A stretch of DNA of 64,000 bases, taken from positions 1,209,641 through 1,273,640 of the forward strand of contig OZ255843.1 in assembly GCA_965277775.1 (NCBI GenBank), in the 5' to 3' direction. Both the position numbers and the translations under genes were made by a program. Under the pieces are notes generated by a model, which was given only the letters and a program-made list of their open reading frames with translations, was not told where the DNA came from and did not search any database. Every line of letters begins with the position of its first letter. Position 1 is the stretch's first letter. Of the stretch, positions 10,569 through 20,079 are shown piece after piece. This DNA is from Gammaproteobacteria bacterium. Its GTDB lineage: Bacteria > Pseudomonadota > Gammaproteobacteria > CAKMZV01.

Positions 10569-11288
10569 TTAATCAACCTTGCCAAAACGGCGCTGGCGTT
10601 TTGAGAATGCTTGGAGTGCTTTATCAAACTCGGCTTTATTGAAATCGGGCCAATACTTCTCGGTGAAATACAGCTCAGTATAAGCCAGCTGCCATAATAA
10701 AAAATTACTGATGCGTTGCTCACCGCTGGTTCGGATGAACAGATCAGGGGGCGGGGAATCAGGAAGAGAGAGACATTCTGCCAGTTCATTTTCATCGATT
10801 TCAAATTTTTGCCCTCTTGCCCATTTTTTATCAATAACCGCATTGGCGGCTTGGACAATGTCCCAGCGGCCTCCGTAGTTTATACAGATAGATAATGTCA
10901 AGCGGGTGTTATTTTTGGTGTGTTCTTGGGCGATTGCTATTTGCTGCTGTAATTTGGGTTCAAAGCGACTCAAATCACCGACAAAATGCACTTTGACGCC
11001 ATTTTTATGGAGCTCTGGAACTTCTTTTTTTAAGCCATTCATCATCAGAGTCAGCAGCTGATCAATTTCTTCCGCGGGACGGCTCCAATTTTCCGTACTG
11101 AATGCAAAAAGCGTGAGAAAGGGAATGCCGTAATCACCGCATAATTTAACGACCCGGCGGGTTGAATTTATGCCTTTTTTGTGACCGATTGCTCTTGGGA
11201 GGTGGCGTGATTTTGCCCATCTGCCATTGCCATCCATAACGATGGCAATGTGTTGAGGCAAACGCATCTCATTAACCATGCGGAACAA
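10569..11288 (-). CDS. uppS: ditrans,polycis-undecaprenyl-diphosphate synthase
   Basis: HIAIVMDGNGRWA cis-prenyltransferase motif, 239 aa, synteny frr-uppS-cdsA. Confidence 0.92.
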   Translation of the reverse strand: MFRMVNEMRLPQHIAIVMDGNGRWAKSRHLPRAIGHKKGINSTRRVVKLCGDYGIPFLTLFAFSTENWSRPAEEIDQLLTLMMNGLKKEVPELHKNGVKVHFVGDLSRFEPKLQQQIAIAQEHTKNNTRLTLSICINYGGRWDIVQAANAVIDKKWARGQKFEIDENELAECLSLPDSPPPDLFIRTSGEQRISNFLLWQLAYTELYFTEKYWPDFNKAEFDKALQAFSKRQRRFGKVD

Positions 11289-11291
11289 TCG

Positions 11292-11849
11292 TTAGATGAT
11301 CATCAAATCTTTTTCTTTCTCAGCCAGAACGTCGTCAACGATTGAGATGAGTTGATCGGTAGAATTTTGAATGATTTCTTCCTCTCGACGGGTTTCATCT
11401 TCTGAAATTTCCTTGTCTTTGAGGCGTTTTTTTAAGTCTTGGTTGGCATCACGACGAATATTTCTTATGGCAATTCGCGCTTTCTCAGCCTCTTCCTTGG
11501 CAACTTTAATCAGCTCGTGGCGACGCTGCTCGGTTAAAGTGGGCATAGGCAAACGAATCACATCACCAGATGTGGCAGGATTCAAACCCAAATCAGAAGC
11601 CAATATGGCTTTTTCAATGGCCTGTACCATTGATTTTTCCCATGGGGAGATGCTCAAGGTCTGGGCATTTTCAACCAAAACATTGGCAACTTGATTGATG
11701 GGCACCATTGAACCGTAATAATCAACCGATAGATTGTCCAAAATTGAAGGATGAGCTCGACCAGTGCGCAACCTGCTTAGTTGATGTTTAAGCGAATCAA
11801 CCGCTTTTTGCATTTTTTCTTGAATTTCTTGATTGAGTATATCTGACAT
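11292..11849 (-). CDS. frr: ribosome recycling factor
   Basis: 185 aa, RRF-like throughout (LRTGRAHPSILD..., IRNIRRDAN). Confidence 0.93.
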   Translation of the reverse strand: MSDILNQEIQEKMQKAVDSLKHQLSRLRTGRAHPSILDNLSVDYYGSMVPINQVANVLVENAQTLSISPWEKSMVQAIEKAILASDLGLNPATSGDVIRLPMPTLTEQRRHELIKVAKEEAEKARIAIRNIRRDANQDLKKRLKDKEISEDETRREEEIIQNSTDQLISIVDDVLAEKEKDLMII

Positions 11850-11868
11850 AATTATTCCGTTCTAATGA

Positions 11869-12582
11869 TTACCGGTTTGATTCATTACCATCGCACTCGT
11901 CTGATACCAGCGTCCCCACAGGCTTACCAGCAATAATATCTGCAACGACTTTGTCACTGTTGATGTTGCAAACTTGGATGGGTAGCTTATGATCCCTGCA
12001 CAGAGCAAATGCGGTTAAATCCATAACCTTTAAGTTTTTAACAATGGCTTCATTATAACTAAGAGTGTTATAACGGGTTGCATCAGAATTTTCTTTAGGG
12101 TCACAGTCGTAGATGCCATCCACTTGAGTGGTCTTCAATAATTTATCTGCATGAATTTGTATGCCCCTCAAAGCGGCACAACTGTCTGTGGTAAAGAAGG
12201 GATTGCCCGTGCCACCGACAAAAATCATTACAATGTTATGATTCAGATCATCCAACGCTTGGGCATAGTCCCAGGGCTGAACGCCCAGAGATGGGAAGCT
12301 CGACATGACCTTAGCCGGAATGTTTAGGCCGTGCAATGTGGTTTGAAGCGCCAGCCCATTCATAATGGTGGCGTGCATGCCCATTTGATCAGCGACCACA
12401 CGGTCCATATGCGCCACTTGGCCACCACGGATCCAATTGCCACCGCCAATCACCACACCGAGTTGCCACCGCGCCTCGCAAAACAGGCTGATTTTTTTAG
12501 CAATCTGCGCCAAGGCCGATTCACTGACGCCAAAACGATCCCCCAGTTTTTCGCCACTCAGTTTGAGTAATATTCTGGGCAT
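11869..12582 (-). CDS. pyrH: UMP kinase (start placed at internal Met; ORF-track start 12642 would overlap tsf)
   Basis: ILLKLSGE N-terminal motif of PyrH; amino-acid kinase fold; internal ATG at 12582 lies 7 nt downstream of tsf stop with an upstream AGG. Confidence 0.9.
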   Translation of the reverse strand: MPRILLKLSGEKLGDRFGVSESALAQIAKKISLFCEARWQLGVVIGGGNWIRGGQVAHMDRVVADQMGMHATIMNGLALQTTLHGLNIPAKVMSSFPSLGVQPWDYAQALDDLNHNIVMIFVGGTGNPFFTTDSCAALRGIQIHADKLLKTTQVDGIYDCDPKENSDATRYNTLSYNEAIVKNLKVMDLTAFALCRDHKLPIQVCNINSDKVVADIIAGKPVGTLVSDECDGNESNR

Positions 12583-12589
12583 GGTTGAC

Positions 12590-13474
12590 CTATGATTTTG
12601 CTGAAGCAACCTGATCTGCGACTTCTTGCGCGAAGTTGTCAACTTTCTTTTCTATGCCTTCACCGACTTCAAATCGGACAAAACTCAGAACGCTGGCAGA
12701 TTGCCCTTTTAGCAGTTGATTGATGGTTTGATCTGGATCTTTTACAAAAGGTTGATTGACCAAAGTGATGGTTTTCAAAAATTTATTGATCTGACCTTGA
12801 ACGATTTTATCAATAATGTTTTCAGGCTTTCCAGATTGTTTGGCCTGTTCAGCAAAAATGGCGCGCTCTTTTTCGATCAGAGTCGGGTCAACTTGTTGTT
12901 CATCCAATGCTTGGGGCTTTAATGCTGCAATATGCATGGCAACGTCTTTACCCAAAGCATCATCGCCACCGTCTAAGGCAGCCAGCACGCCAATCTTAAC
13001 ACCATGATTGTAATAAGAGATTTGACCGCCCTGAATCAGGTGAGCCCGACGAACAGTGATGTTTTCGCCAAGCTTGGCAATCAATACCCGACGACATTCT
13101 TCTACGGTTTTGCCGTCACTCAGCGTGCGGTTATTAAGTGCTTCAATGTCAGTGGTTGAAGATGACAGGGCTAAGGCGGCGACCGCATCTGCAAAGTCAA
13201 TAAAATCTTGACCCTTGGCCACGAAATCTGTTTCACAATTGATTTCAGCAATGACCGCTTGTGTGCCATCGTCTGATCGTTTGGTGACAATGCAGCCATC
13301 AGCCGCAATTCGACCCGCTTTTTTATCGGCCTGAGCCATGCCTTTCTTGCGCATGGTTTCTACAGCGAGTTCAAGGTCACCCTGGCTTTCTACCAACGCT
13401 TTCTTGCACGCCATCATACCAGCGCCTGTGCGCTCACGCAATGTTTTTACGAGGCTTGCAGTAATGGTTGTCAT
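12590..13474 (-). CDS. tsf: translation elongation factor Ts
   Basis: 294 aa, N-terminal UBA-like TASLVKTLRERTGAGMMACKKAL, EF-Ts dimerisation domains; synteny rpsB-tsf-pyrH. Confidence 0.93.
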   Translation of the reverse strand: MTTITASLVKTLRERTGAGMMACKKALVESQGDLELAVETMRKKGMAQADKKAGRIAADGCIVTKRSDDGTQAVIAEINCETDFVAKGQDFIDFADAVAALALSSSTTDIEALNNRTLSDGKTVEECRRVLIAKLGENITVRRAHLIQGGQISYYNHGVKIGVLAALDGGDDALGKDVAMHIAALKPQALDEQQVDPTLIEKERAIFAEQAKQSGKPENIIDKIVQGQINKFLKTITLVNQPFVKDPDQTINQLLKGQSASVLSFVRFEVGEGIEKKVDNFAQEVADQVASAKS

Positions 13475-14496
13475 GATGATTTCTTCTCCGTATCAGAGGC
13501 TTGTTCTTTGGACTCAGTGACTTCTACAGCTTCGGTCGCTTCTTTTGCAAGCACTGCTTCTTCAGTGGATTCTGCGGCTTCTTCTGCAGGCGCCACATCT
13601 GCAGTGGATTCTGCGACTTCTTCTACGGGCGCCACTTCTTCAGGTGCAGCTTCTGCTTCAACCGCTGTTTCAGCTGTTTCACTGGCTTTGGCCACTTCTA
13701 CAGCTTCAGCAGTGTCTTGAACAGCATCGGCATTTTCTTCATTGGTAGCCTCAGAGTCAGTTACGCTGTCTTCAGTCTCTGCCTGTACTTCCACGAATTC
13801 TTCAACGATGTCAACATTGGCATTCATAATGGCCTCAGTCACGTGGGAAATGTAATACTCAATCACTCTACGGCCATCGTCGTTACTTGGGATGACGTAA
13901 TCGACATTGATCGGAGAGCTATTGGTATCGACCACAGCAACGACGGGGATTTTTTTCGCCAGCGCCTTTGCTTCTGAAATGGCAATGTGTTCATGGCGTG
14001 CATCGATTATAAAAATTGCATCGGGCATGCTTTCCATGTCTTTGATGCCTTTTAGGTTGCGACTGAGTTTTTCCATTTCGCGCGTTCGCAGCAAGGCTTC
14101 TTTTTTGGTGATTTTTTCAAAAGAGCCATTGGCCGATTGCGATTCCAGTTCTTTTAAGCGATTGATGGACTGTTTGATGGTTTTAAAGTTGGTTAACATG
14201 CCCCCCAACCAGCGATGTGAGACATAAGGCATGCCACAGCGTTCAGCGTACTGCTCAATGATTTTTCCAGCGCTGCGTTTGGTACCAACAAATAACACGG
14301 TTCCGTTATTTGCGGCAATGCTTGAAATAAAATTTAACGCATCCTCAATCATTGGGACGGTTTTTTCTAAGTTCAAGATGTGGATGTTATTGCGCACGCC
14401 GTAAACGTATTCGTGCATTTTAGGATTCCAAAAGCGTTTTTGGTGGCCGAAATGCGCCCCAATTTTGAATAACTCTTGTATTTTAATTTCAGACAT
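13471..14496 (-). CDS. rpsB: 30S ribosomal protein S2 with ~90-aa acidic Ala/Glu/Val-rich C-terminal extension
   Basis: N-terminal 250 aa canonical S2 (GAHFGHQKRFWNPKM...), then low-complexity tail ETEDSVTDSEATNEENADAVQDTAEAVEVAKASETAETAVEAEAAPEEVAPVEEVAESTADVAPAEEAAESTEE... Confidence 0.93.
   Translation of the reverse strand: MSEIKIQELFKIGAHFGHQKRFWNPKMHEYVYGVRNNIHILNLEKTVPMIEDALNFISSIAANNGTVLFVGTKRSAGKIIEQYAERCGMPYVSHRWLGGMLTNFKTIKQSINRLKELESQSANGSFEKITKKEALLRTREMEKLSRNLKGIKDMESMPDAIFIIDARHEHIAISEAKALAKKIPVVAVVDTNSSPINVDYVIPSNDDGRRVIEYYISHVTEAIMNANVDIVEEFVEVQAETEDSVTDSEATNEENADAVQDTAEAVEVAKASETAETAVEAEAAPEEVAPVEEVAESTADVAPAEEAAESTEEAVLAKEATEAVEVTESKEQASDTEKKSS
13563..13640. repeat. two tandem ~39-bp imperfect repeats inside the rpsB 3' acidic-tail coding region
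   Basis: cagtggattctgcggcttcttctgcaggcgccacatctg / cagtggattctgcgacttcttctacgggcgccacttctt (about 33/39 identical). Confidence 0.8.
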
Positions 14497-14864
14497 ATTT
14501 TCCTTTGTCTTGTAGAGAATAAATGTAGCAGTCCCTCAATCGCATGGCGCGACCACAGTAAAAGTCAAAAACCGCTGAAGTGCATCGCTTCTGCGAGTCT
14601 ATAACCAACCGTACAAGCGCCTTTGTTTAGGCTACTGTATTATTCTCAGGGTTTAACCTCCGCTTATCCCAGTGAATAAATAATCTCAATGTGTCTCAAC
14701 CATTTAGATAAATGATTGTGGCGGTTCAAGATCATCACCCCATTCACTGTGTCGATGAAGCGTGTGTTTTAGTATGAGACAAATGTCTCAGTTTATTTAA
14801 TTAGGCGCGCTTTATACCAAATAAAGGGTGTTTTTTCAACAGATATTTGGTGAAATTGACGGTT

Positions 14865-15488
14865 CTATTCTCGATTGACCAGAATTTCATCAACCAATCT
14901 ATAACTTTTGGCCTCATCAGCGCTTAAATAATAGTCACGATCCGTGTCTTTTGCGATCTTATCTATGGGCTGATCGGTGTGTTTGGCCAAAATTTGATTG
15001 AGTTGATTTTTGGCTTTTAGTATTTCTTGGGCATGTATTTCAATGTCGCTGGCTTGTCCCTGGTAGCCCCCCAATGGTTGATGAATCATCACCCTTGAGT
15101 TTGGCAAGCAAAACCGTTTGCCTGCGGCACCAGCGGCCAATAAAAGCGCACCCATGCTGGCGGCTTGGCCCAAACACATGGTGCTCACATCTGGCGCAAT
15201 GAACTGCATGGTGTCATACACAGCAAGACCCGCACTCACGGTTCCACCCGGTGAATTGATGTAAAAATGAATGTCTTTTTTGGCGTTTTCTGATTCAAGG
15301 AAAAGCAATTGAGCAATCACCAGATTAGCGGTTTCATCGGTCACAGGACCCACTAAAAAAATCACCCGTTCTCTGAGTAGGCGCGAGTAAATGTCAAAAG
15401 CGCGCTCGCTGCGTCCACTTTGTTCAACAACCATTGGGACAAGGCTGTTGTTGTCAATGTCTAGATTGTTTTTGTTTAGCATGCTCAT
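14865..15488 (-). CDS. clpP: ATP-dependent Clp protease proteolytic subunit
   Basis: 207 aa, catalytic Ser in [11 protein letters not shown], His in MIHQPLGG; downstream of tig; no clpX follows. Confidence 0.95.
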   Translation of the reverse strand: MSMLNKNNLDIDNNSLVPMVVEQSGRSERAFDIYSRLLRERVIFLVGPVTDETANLVIAQLLFLESENAKKDIHFYINSPGGTVSAGLAVYDTMQFIAPDVSTMCLGQAASMGALLLAAGAAGKRFCLPNSRVMIHQPLGGYQGQASDIEIHAQEILKAKNQLNQILAKHTDQPIDKIAKDTDRDYYLSADEAKSYRLVDEILVNRE

Positions 15489-15490
15489 TG

Positions 15491-16801
15491 TTATTCCGAT
15501 TTTGTGGTTTCTTTAAACGATTGTTGCTGCGCTTTCAGGGTGGCTTCACTCAAGACTTTTTCAACGACTTGGCGTTCTAATACGGCATTTTCCAAATCGG
15601 CTCTAACGGCTTTGTTATTCATAAAATACTGCCGAGCTTCTTCAGCATTTGGATACTGGCTGACTTGATCGTCAACCATTTCATCTAACAATTTGGAGTC
15701 TATTGTTAGTTCTGACTGCTGAATGATGCTATAGAATATAAGCCCAACGCGCACACGTTTCTGAACATTTTCGCGCATTTCATCGTTCAATAAGTCGGTT
15801 TTTTCTGAGATCGGTTGATTCGCCATTTTCTGACGTTCTTGAATTTGTTTGACGATGGTTTCCGTTTCCTGTGCAATCATCGCTTCAGGGATGGGAAAAT
15901 CGTTTTCTTTTAACAAGGCGTCAATTGTCGATTCACGGTTTTTTTGGTAGTCCAAACCTTTGGCTTCGCGTTCTAACCGAGTTTTTATATCGTTTCTCAA
16001 ATCGTCTATCAAACCCGAGGCAATGCCAAGACGCTTGATGAACGACTCGTCAAGGGTACTTTCAATCTTTTCTTCAATCGAATGAACTTTGAATTTAAAT
16101 TGTGCCGCTTTTCCAGCCAAGTGCTGAGCGTGATATTGCTCAGGAAAAGTGACGTCAACGGTTTTTTCATCGTTGGGTTTCATGCCAATAATGCCTTCTT
16201 CAAAACCAGGGATCATCTGACCTTCACCAAGCACCATCTTATGATTTTCGGCTTTTCCGCCTTCAAAAGCGACGTCGTCTAAAAAGCCCTCAAAATCCAT
16301 GGTGATTTGATCACCCGTTTTTGAAGCTCTGTCAACACTTGCCCATGAAGCGTGCGATGAACGCATTTTCTCTACCATGTCGTCAATGTCGGTGTCCTCA
16401 ATGACGGTATTTATGGTGTTGATTTTTAATTTTTTATGATCCGCTAGGGTAAATTCTGGATATATCTCAAACACCGCGGTAAACGAAGCTTTTTCTAAAT
16501 CCTTTACATCTAAGTCTTGAAAGTCTGGGGTGCCGACCGGGTTTAGTTCGAGTTGCTTGAGCCCCGCACTATAAGCCTTGTCAACGCGATCATTGATTAC
16601 CTCCAGAAACACTTCCTGACCATATTGTTGTTGCATGATTGACATGGGGATTTTGCCAGGTCGGAAGCCGTTTAATTTGACTTTGTTTTTCAACCGACCC
16701 AATCTTTGAGTGACTTCTTGTGAGACATTTTCTGCGGCAAATTCGACAGTCATTCGGTGCTCTAATGGCTTGTCCTTATTGGTCGTAAAGGTTGCTTTCA
16801 T
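15491..16801 (-). CDS. tig: trigger factor
   Basis: 436 aa, ribosome-binding N-domain, FKBP-like PPIase region ([15 protein letters not shown]), tig-clpP synteny. Confidence 0.9.
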   Translation of the reverse strand: MKATFTTNKDKPLEHRMTVEFAAENVSQEVTQRLGRLKNKVKLNGFRPGKIPMSIMQQQYGQEVFLEVINDRVDKAYSAGLKQLELNPVGTPDFQDLDVKDLEKASFTAVFEIYPEFTLADHKKLKINTINTVIEDTDIDDMVEKMRSSHASWASVDRASKTGDQITMDFEGFLDDVAFEGGKAENHKMVLGEGQMIPGFEEGIIGMKPNDEKTVDVTFPEQYHAQHLAGKAAQFKFKVHSIEEKIESTLDESFIKRLGIASGLIDDLRNDIKTRLEREAKGLDYQKNRESTIDALLKENDFPIPEAMIAQETETIVKQIQERQKMANQPISEKTDLLNDEMRENVQKRVRVGLIFYSIIQQSELTIDSKLLDEMVDDQVSQYPNAEEARQYFMNNKAVRADLENAVLERQVVEKVLSEATLKAQQQSFKETTKSE

Positions 16802-17296
16802 GAATTTTTATGATCAAAGGGTTAAAGGGATCGTAGAAGTTGGATTCAAAGTGCGGTTCGGATAAAGGTTTCAACAAACCTTATTCGATCAGACTCAAGT
16901 GGCGCTTAATCAGCGTTGTTGGCCACTCAATGTCCATATTGTGGGCAGAATCTTAACGTTGACGAGCCTTGAATCGAGGGTCTGTCTTACAGATAACAAA
17001 CACTTTGCCACGACGGCGTACGATTTGACAATCTCTGTGTCTAGATTTGGCAGATTTTAAAGAAGATAGAATTTTCATGTTAAATTACGATTATGGTGAA
17101 TATTGTCATTAAGCGTCTTGAGCCACTAATCTTAGAAAAAACAAGCGTTTATCCAATTTAGACGGTGCGCGCCTTTATTCAAAGGACGGGATTATACTAA
17201 ATTCATGAGCGGAAGTTTTGATTTATCCCATTAAAAAGGCATTTAACAGGCAATTTGAGCAAAAATTTGCCCAAATCTTCGCTCTGTGTCTAAAAA

Positions 17297-18931
17297 TCAG
17301 GTATTGCTCAAGGTGTTTCTGAGTTTGAACTTCTGAATTTTACCAGTGACGGTTTTGGGCAATGTACAAAACACGTAGTTTTTCGGGACTTTAAAACCAG
17401 CCAAATGCTGACGACAGAAGGCATCCAATTCAGCTGCATCGGTGTGGGCGGTTTCCTTCAACTCAATAAAGGCGCAAGGCACTTCCCCCCATTTTTCATC
17501 GGCTTGAGCCACGACGGCAGCGACTGAAACGGCGGGGTGATTGTATAGGGTGGCTTCGATTTCTACAGAAGAAATATTTTCACCGCCCGAGATAATGACA
17601 TCCTTCAAGCGATCGCGGATTTGGACATAGCCATTTTCTTGCCAAGTCGCGACGTCTCCAGTATGAAACCAACCATCGGCAAAAGCACGCTCCGTTTGCT
17701 CAGGGGCTTTATAGTAGCCTTTCATCACGGCATTGCCACGGATGAGAATTTCGCCTTCGGTATCAGAGTCTTGAGGGATGAGCTCGCCAGAGTCCAAAGA
17801 TTGTAGCTGCACGGCCTCATTCATGGGGAAAGTAACGCCTTGCCAGCTTTTAATTTCTGCCCGTTCTTGATCATCGCGTTGGTCCCATTTTGACTGCCAC
17901 AAACATTGAGTAACGTGACCATAAGTCTCGGTTAGACCATAAACTTGGGTGACTTTAAAATTAAGTTTTTCCATCGCAATGAAAATTGCGGGCGGCGGGG
18001 GTGCACCCGCGGTAAAGACATTAACAACATGATCGATGGTCCGTTGTTCAGAGGGTGGTGCATTAGCCAATAGCCCAAGTACGATGGGCGCACCGCCCAT
18101 GTGCGTGATGCGGTGTTCGGCAATGTCGTCAAAAACCCGTTTGGCGGTAATGACTCGACAGCAAACAATGGAGCCGGCCATCAAACACATTGTCCAACTA
18201 TGCCCCCAACCATTGCAATGAAACAGTGGAACGGTGGCCAAATAAACGGCGTGCATGGGTAATTCCCAAGCAGCGATTGTGCCCATGCTCATGAGGTAAG
18301 AGCCCCGATGATGATAGACCACGCCTTTGGGTTTGCCCGAAGTCCCTGAGGTGTAGTTCAGGGTCAGCGCTTGCCATTCATCCTCAGGCAAGTGTGCGTC
18401 AGCGAGAATTTCTTCTGTTATAGGGGTTTCAGCAAGCAGCGCTTCATACTCAAAATCCCCCAAGGTTGAAGTGACATTTTCTTGTAAATCATCGACTCGA
18501 ATAATAGGGATATCCAAACCTTCATCTTGGATGATCTTGGACGCTGTTTCAATAAACTGGCTGTCAACAATCAGCAGTTTGCTGTCGGCATGTTTGAGTA
18601 TATAGCTGATAGTAGCAGGTTCTAACCGATAATTGATGGTGTTCAACACCGCCCCGCACATGGGGACGCCAAAATGGGCTTCAACCATCTCAGGCGTATT
18701 GGTCAAAAGCGCAGAAACGGTGTCTCCCAACTGAATGCCCTTGTTTTTCAATGCGGTGGCCAATTTTTTGGTGCGCACGTGTACTTCTGACCAGGTATAA
18801 CGTCTTTTGCCGTAAATGACCGCCAAATGATCTGGGAAGATGGCCGCAGTACGTCCCATGAAAGACAGGGGACTGAGTGGCACATAATTGGCTTGATTGG
18901 GCTGGAGTTGTTGATAGTGTTTATGCGACAT
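17297..18931 (-). CDS. AMP-forming acyl-CoA ligase (candidate 3-methylmercaptopropionyl-CoA ligase, DmdB-like)
   Basis: 544 aa; AMP-binding signature YTSGTSGKPKGV; C-terminal ligase domain; clustered with GcvT-like and ACAD genes. Confidence 0.85.
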   Translation of the reverse strand: MSHKHYQQLQPNQANYVPLSPLSFMGRTAAIFPDHLAVIYGKRRYTWSEVHVRTKKLATALKNKGIQLGDTVSALLTNTPEMVEAHFGVPMCGAVLNTINYRLEPATISYILKHADSKLLIVDSQFIETASKIIQDEGLDIPIIRVDDLQENVTSTLGDFEYEALLAETPITEEILADAHLPEDEWQALTLNYTSGTSGKPKGVVYHHRGSYLMSMGTIAAWELPMHAVYLATVPLFHCNGWGHSWTMCLMAGSIVCCRVITAKRVFDDIAEHRITHMGGAPIVLGLLANAPPSEQRTIDHVVNVFTAGAPPPPAIFIAMEKLNFKVTQVYGLTETYGHVTQCLWQSKWDQRDDQERAEIKSWQGVTFPMNEAVQLQSLDSGELIPQDSDTEGEILIRGNAVMKGYYKAPEQTERAFADGWFHTGDVATWQENGYVQIRDRLKDVIISGGENISSVEIEATLYNHPAVSVAAVVAQADEKWGEVPCAFIELKETAHTDAAELDAFCRQHLAGFKVPKNYVFCTLPKTVTGKIQKFKLRNTLSNT

Positions 18932-18978
18932 GATTAAGTCTCTTGCAAGTTAAAAAAAGGTTGGCAGACGAATGATCA

Positions 18979-20079
18979 TCAAACAAATGGTAGGGGGCTG
19001 ACGATGCCGCCTCTTAATCCGTTCGGTGTTTCAATCATAACCGTTTGCTCTGGCTCGTTAAAGGGGAGCTTGAGCATGGCAATGGCGATGTTGGTCTGTA
19101 AATCTGGCGACCAAGTCGTTGAGGTGACCTGGCCAATGCATTGCTCATCGACAAAGGTGCGCCATGGGGCAATACAGGATGGGACGGCTGATCCTTCTAT
19201 TTTTATCCCGCATATTTTTTGTTGATCAGGGGCTTGGATGCGCTGCTCTAATGCGGCACCGCCTATACACTGTGTCATCATTTCTGGGTCGCATAATTGG
19301 CCAAACCCGCATTCGTGTGGCGTGTTTTCTCTGTTCATATCGTTGCCATAGGACAACAAGCCGCCCTCAATTCGCTCGATCAGATTGGGACCCCCGGCGC
19401 GCACATCAAAATCCGCCCCATTTTTGAACATTGTGTCCCACAGTGGCAATGCCTGCATTTCATTCACGTATATTTCAAAGCCGCCTTGTTTGGAAAAACC
19501 CGAACGTGAAATGATCAACGGCTGTCCTAAATAATCAAGGGTTATGAAACGAAAAAAACGAAGGTGTTCTATGTCTGCGCCAAAAATTGATTTTAATAGA
19601 TCTGTGGATTTGGGGCCTTGAACAGCTAAGGGAAAGATGATGGGCTGACTGACGGTTACTTGCAAATTCATGCCAACGGCCAAACCTTTTACCCAGAGCA
19701 GTAAATCGGAGTCGGCAATAGAAATCCAATAACGATCGTCGCCTAATTTCAACGTTACGGGGTCATTTAACATCCCGCCTGTTTCGTCGATGATGGGCGT
19801 GTAATAACATTGACCGACGACCAATTTTGACATGTTACGCGGTGTTAATTTTTGTAACAGGATGGCGGCATCAGGACCTTGTAATTCGATTTGTTTTTCA
19901 CAAGAGACGTCCCACACTTGCACATGGTCTTTAAGGTGGCGGTAATCGGCTTCAAGCGATTCGAAGCTGGTGGCTAAGAGCGTGTGGTTATATACGGTAT
20001 AACTCTTAACACCCAAGTCGTGCAAGCGCCCAGTAAAAGGCGAGTTATTGATGCGTCTGGATATAGAAAGCGTTGTCAT
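18979..20079 (-). CDS. stand-alone GcvT-family aminomethyltransferase (candidate DMSP demethylase, DmdA-like)
   Basis: 366 aa; glycine-cleavage T-protein fold features (SPF..., VWDVS..., C-terminal barrel); no gcvH/gcvP nearby; 4-nt overlap with upstream ACAD gene. Confidence 0.8.
   Translation of the reverse strand: MTTLSISRRINNSPFTGRLHDLGVKSYTVYNHTLLATSFESLEADYRHLKDHVQVWDVSCEKQIELQGPDAAILLQKLTPRNMSKLVVGQCYYTPIIDETGGMLNDPVTLKLGDDRYWISIADSDLLLWVKGLAVGMNLQVTVSQPIIFPLAVQGPKSTDLLKSIFGADIEHLRFFRFITLDYLGQPLIISRSGFSKQGGFEIYVNEMQALPLWDTMFKNGADFDVRAGGPNLIERIEGGLLSYGNDMNRENTPHECGFGQLCDPEMMTQCIGGAALEQRIQAPDQQKICGIKIEGSAVPSCIAPWRTFVDEQCIGQVTSTTWSPDLQTNIAIAMLKLPFNEPEQTVMIETPNGLRGGIVSPLPFV

Noticed and set aside
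8442-12642. Gene overlaps suggesting frameshifts or pseudogenes (rseP/cdsA 53 nt, pyrH/tsf 53 nt; similarly hemW/rdgB, miaA/mutL, aroE/hemB, SNase/rpmE2, lnt 5' extension)
   Set aside because: In each case the homologue N-terminus aligns to an internal ATG or GTG located just after the upstream gene's stop, often with an RBS. The overlaps are ORF-finder over-extension, not frameshifts.
13501-13977. 158-aa Cys/Phe-rich plus-strand ORF (and overlapping 13508-13720, 13545-13748 ORFs)
   Set aside because: It is the antisense reading of the rpsB acidic-tail repeat; the S2 homology on the minus strand is unambiguous and the low-complexity composition is a repeat artefact.
14776-14789. GAGACAAATGTCTC palindrome as the intrinsic terminator of clpP
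   Set aside because: On the clpP-sense transcript the hairpin is followed by AUACUAAAACAC, not a U-tract, and the stem is AT-rich, so it is not a credible rho-independent terminator. It is kept only as a possible regulatory palindrome.
16802-17296. Possible tRNA or small RNA gene in the 495-bp gap upstream of tig
   Set aside because: I could fold no cloverleaf and no T-loop consensus (GTTCRANYC) with a matching acceptor stem is present. Only a short AAGGTTT-CAACA-AACCTT hairpin without a U-tract was seen. The gap is left as a promoter/UTR region.
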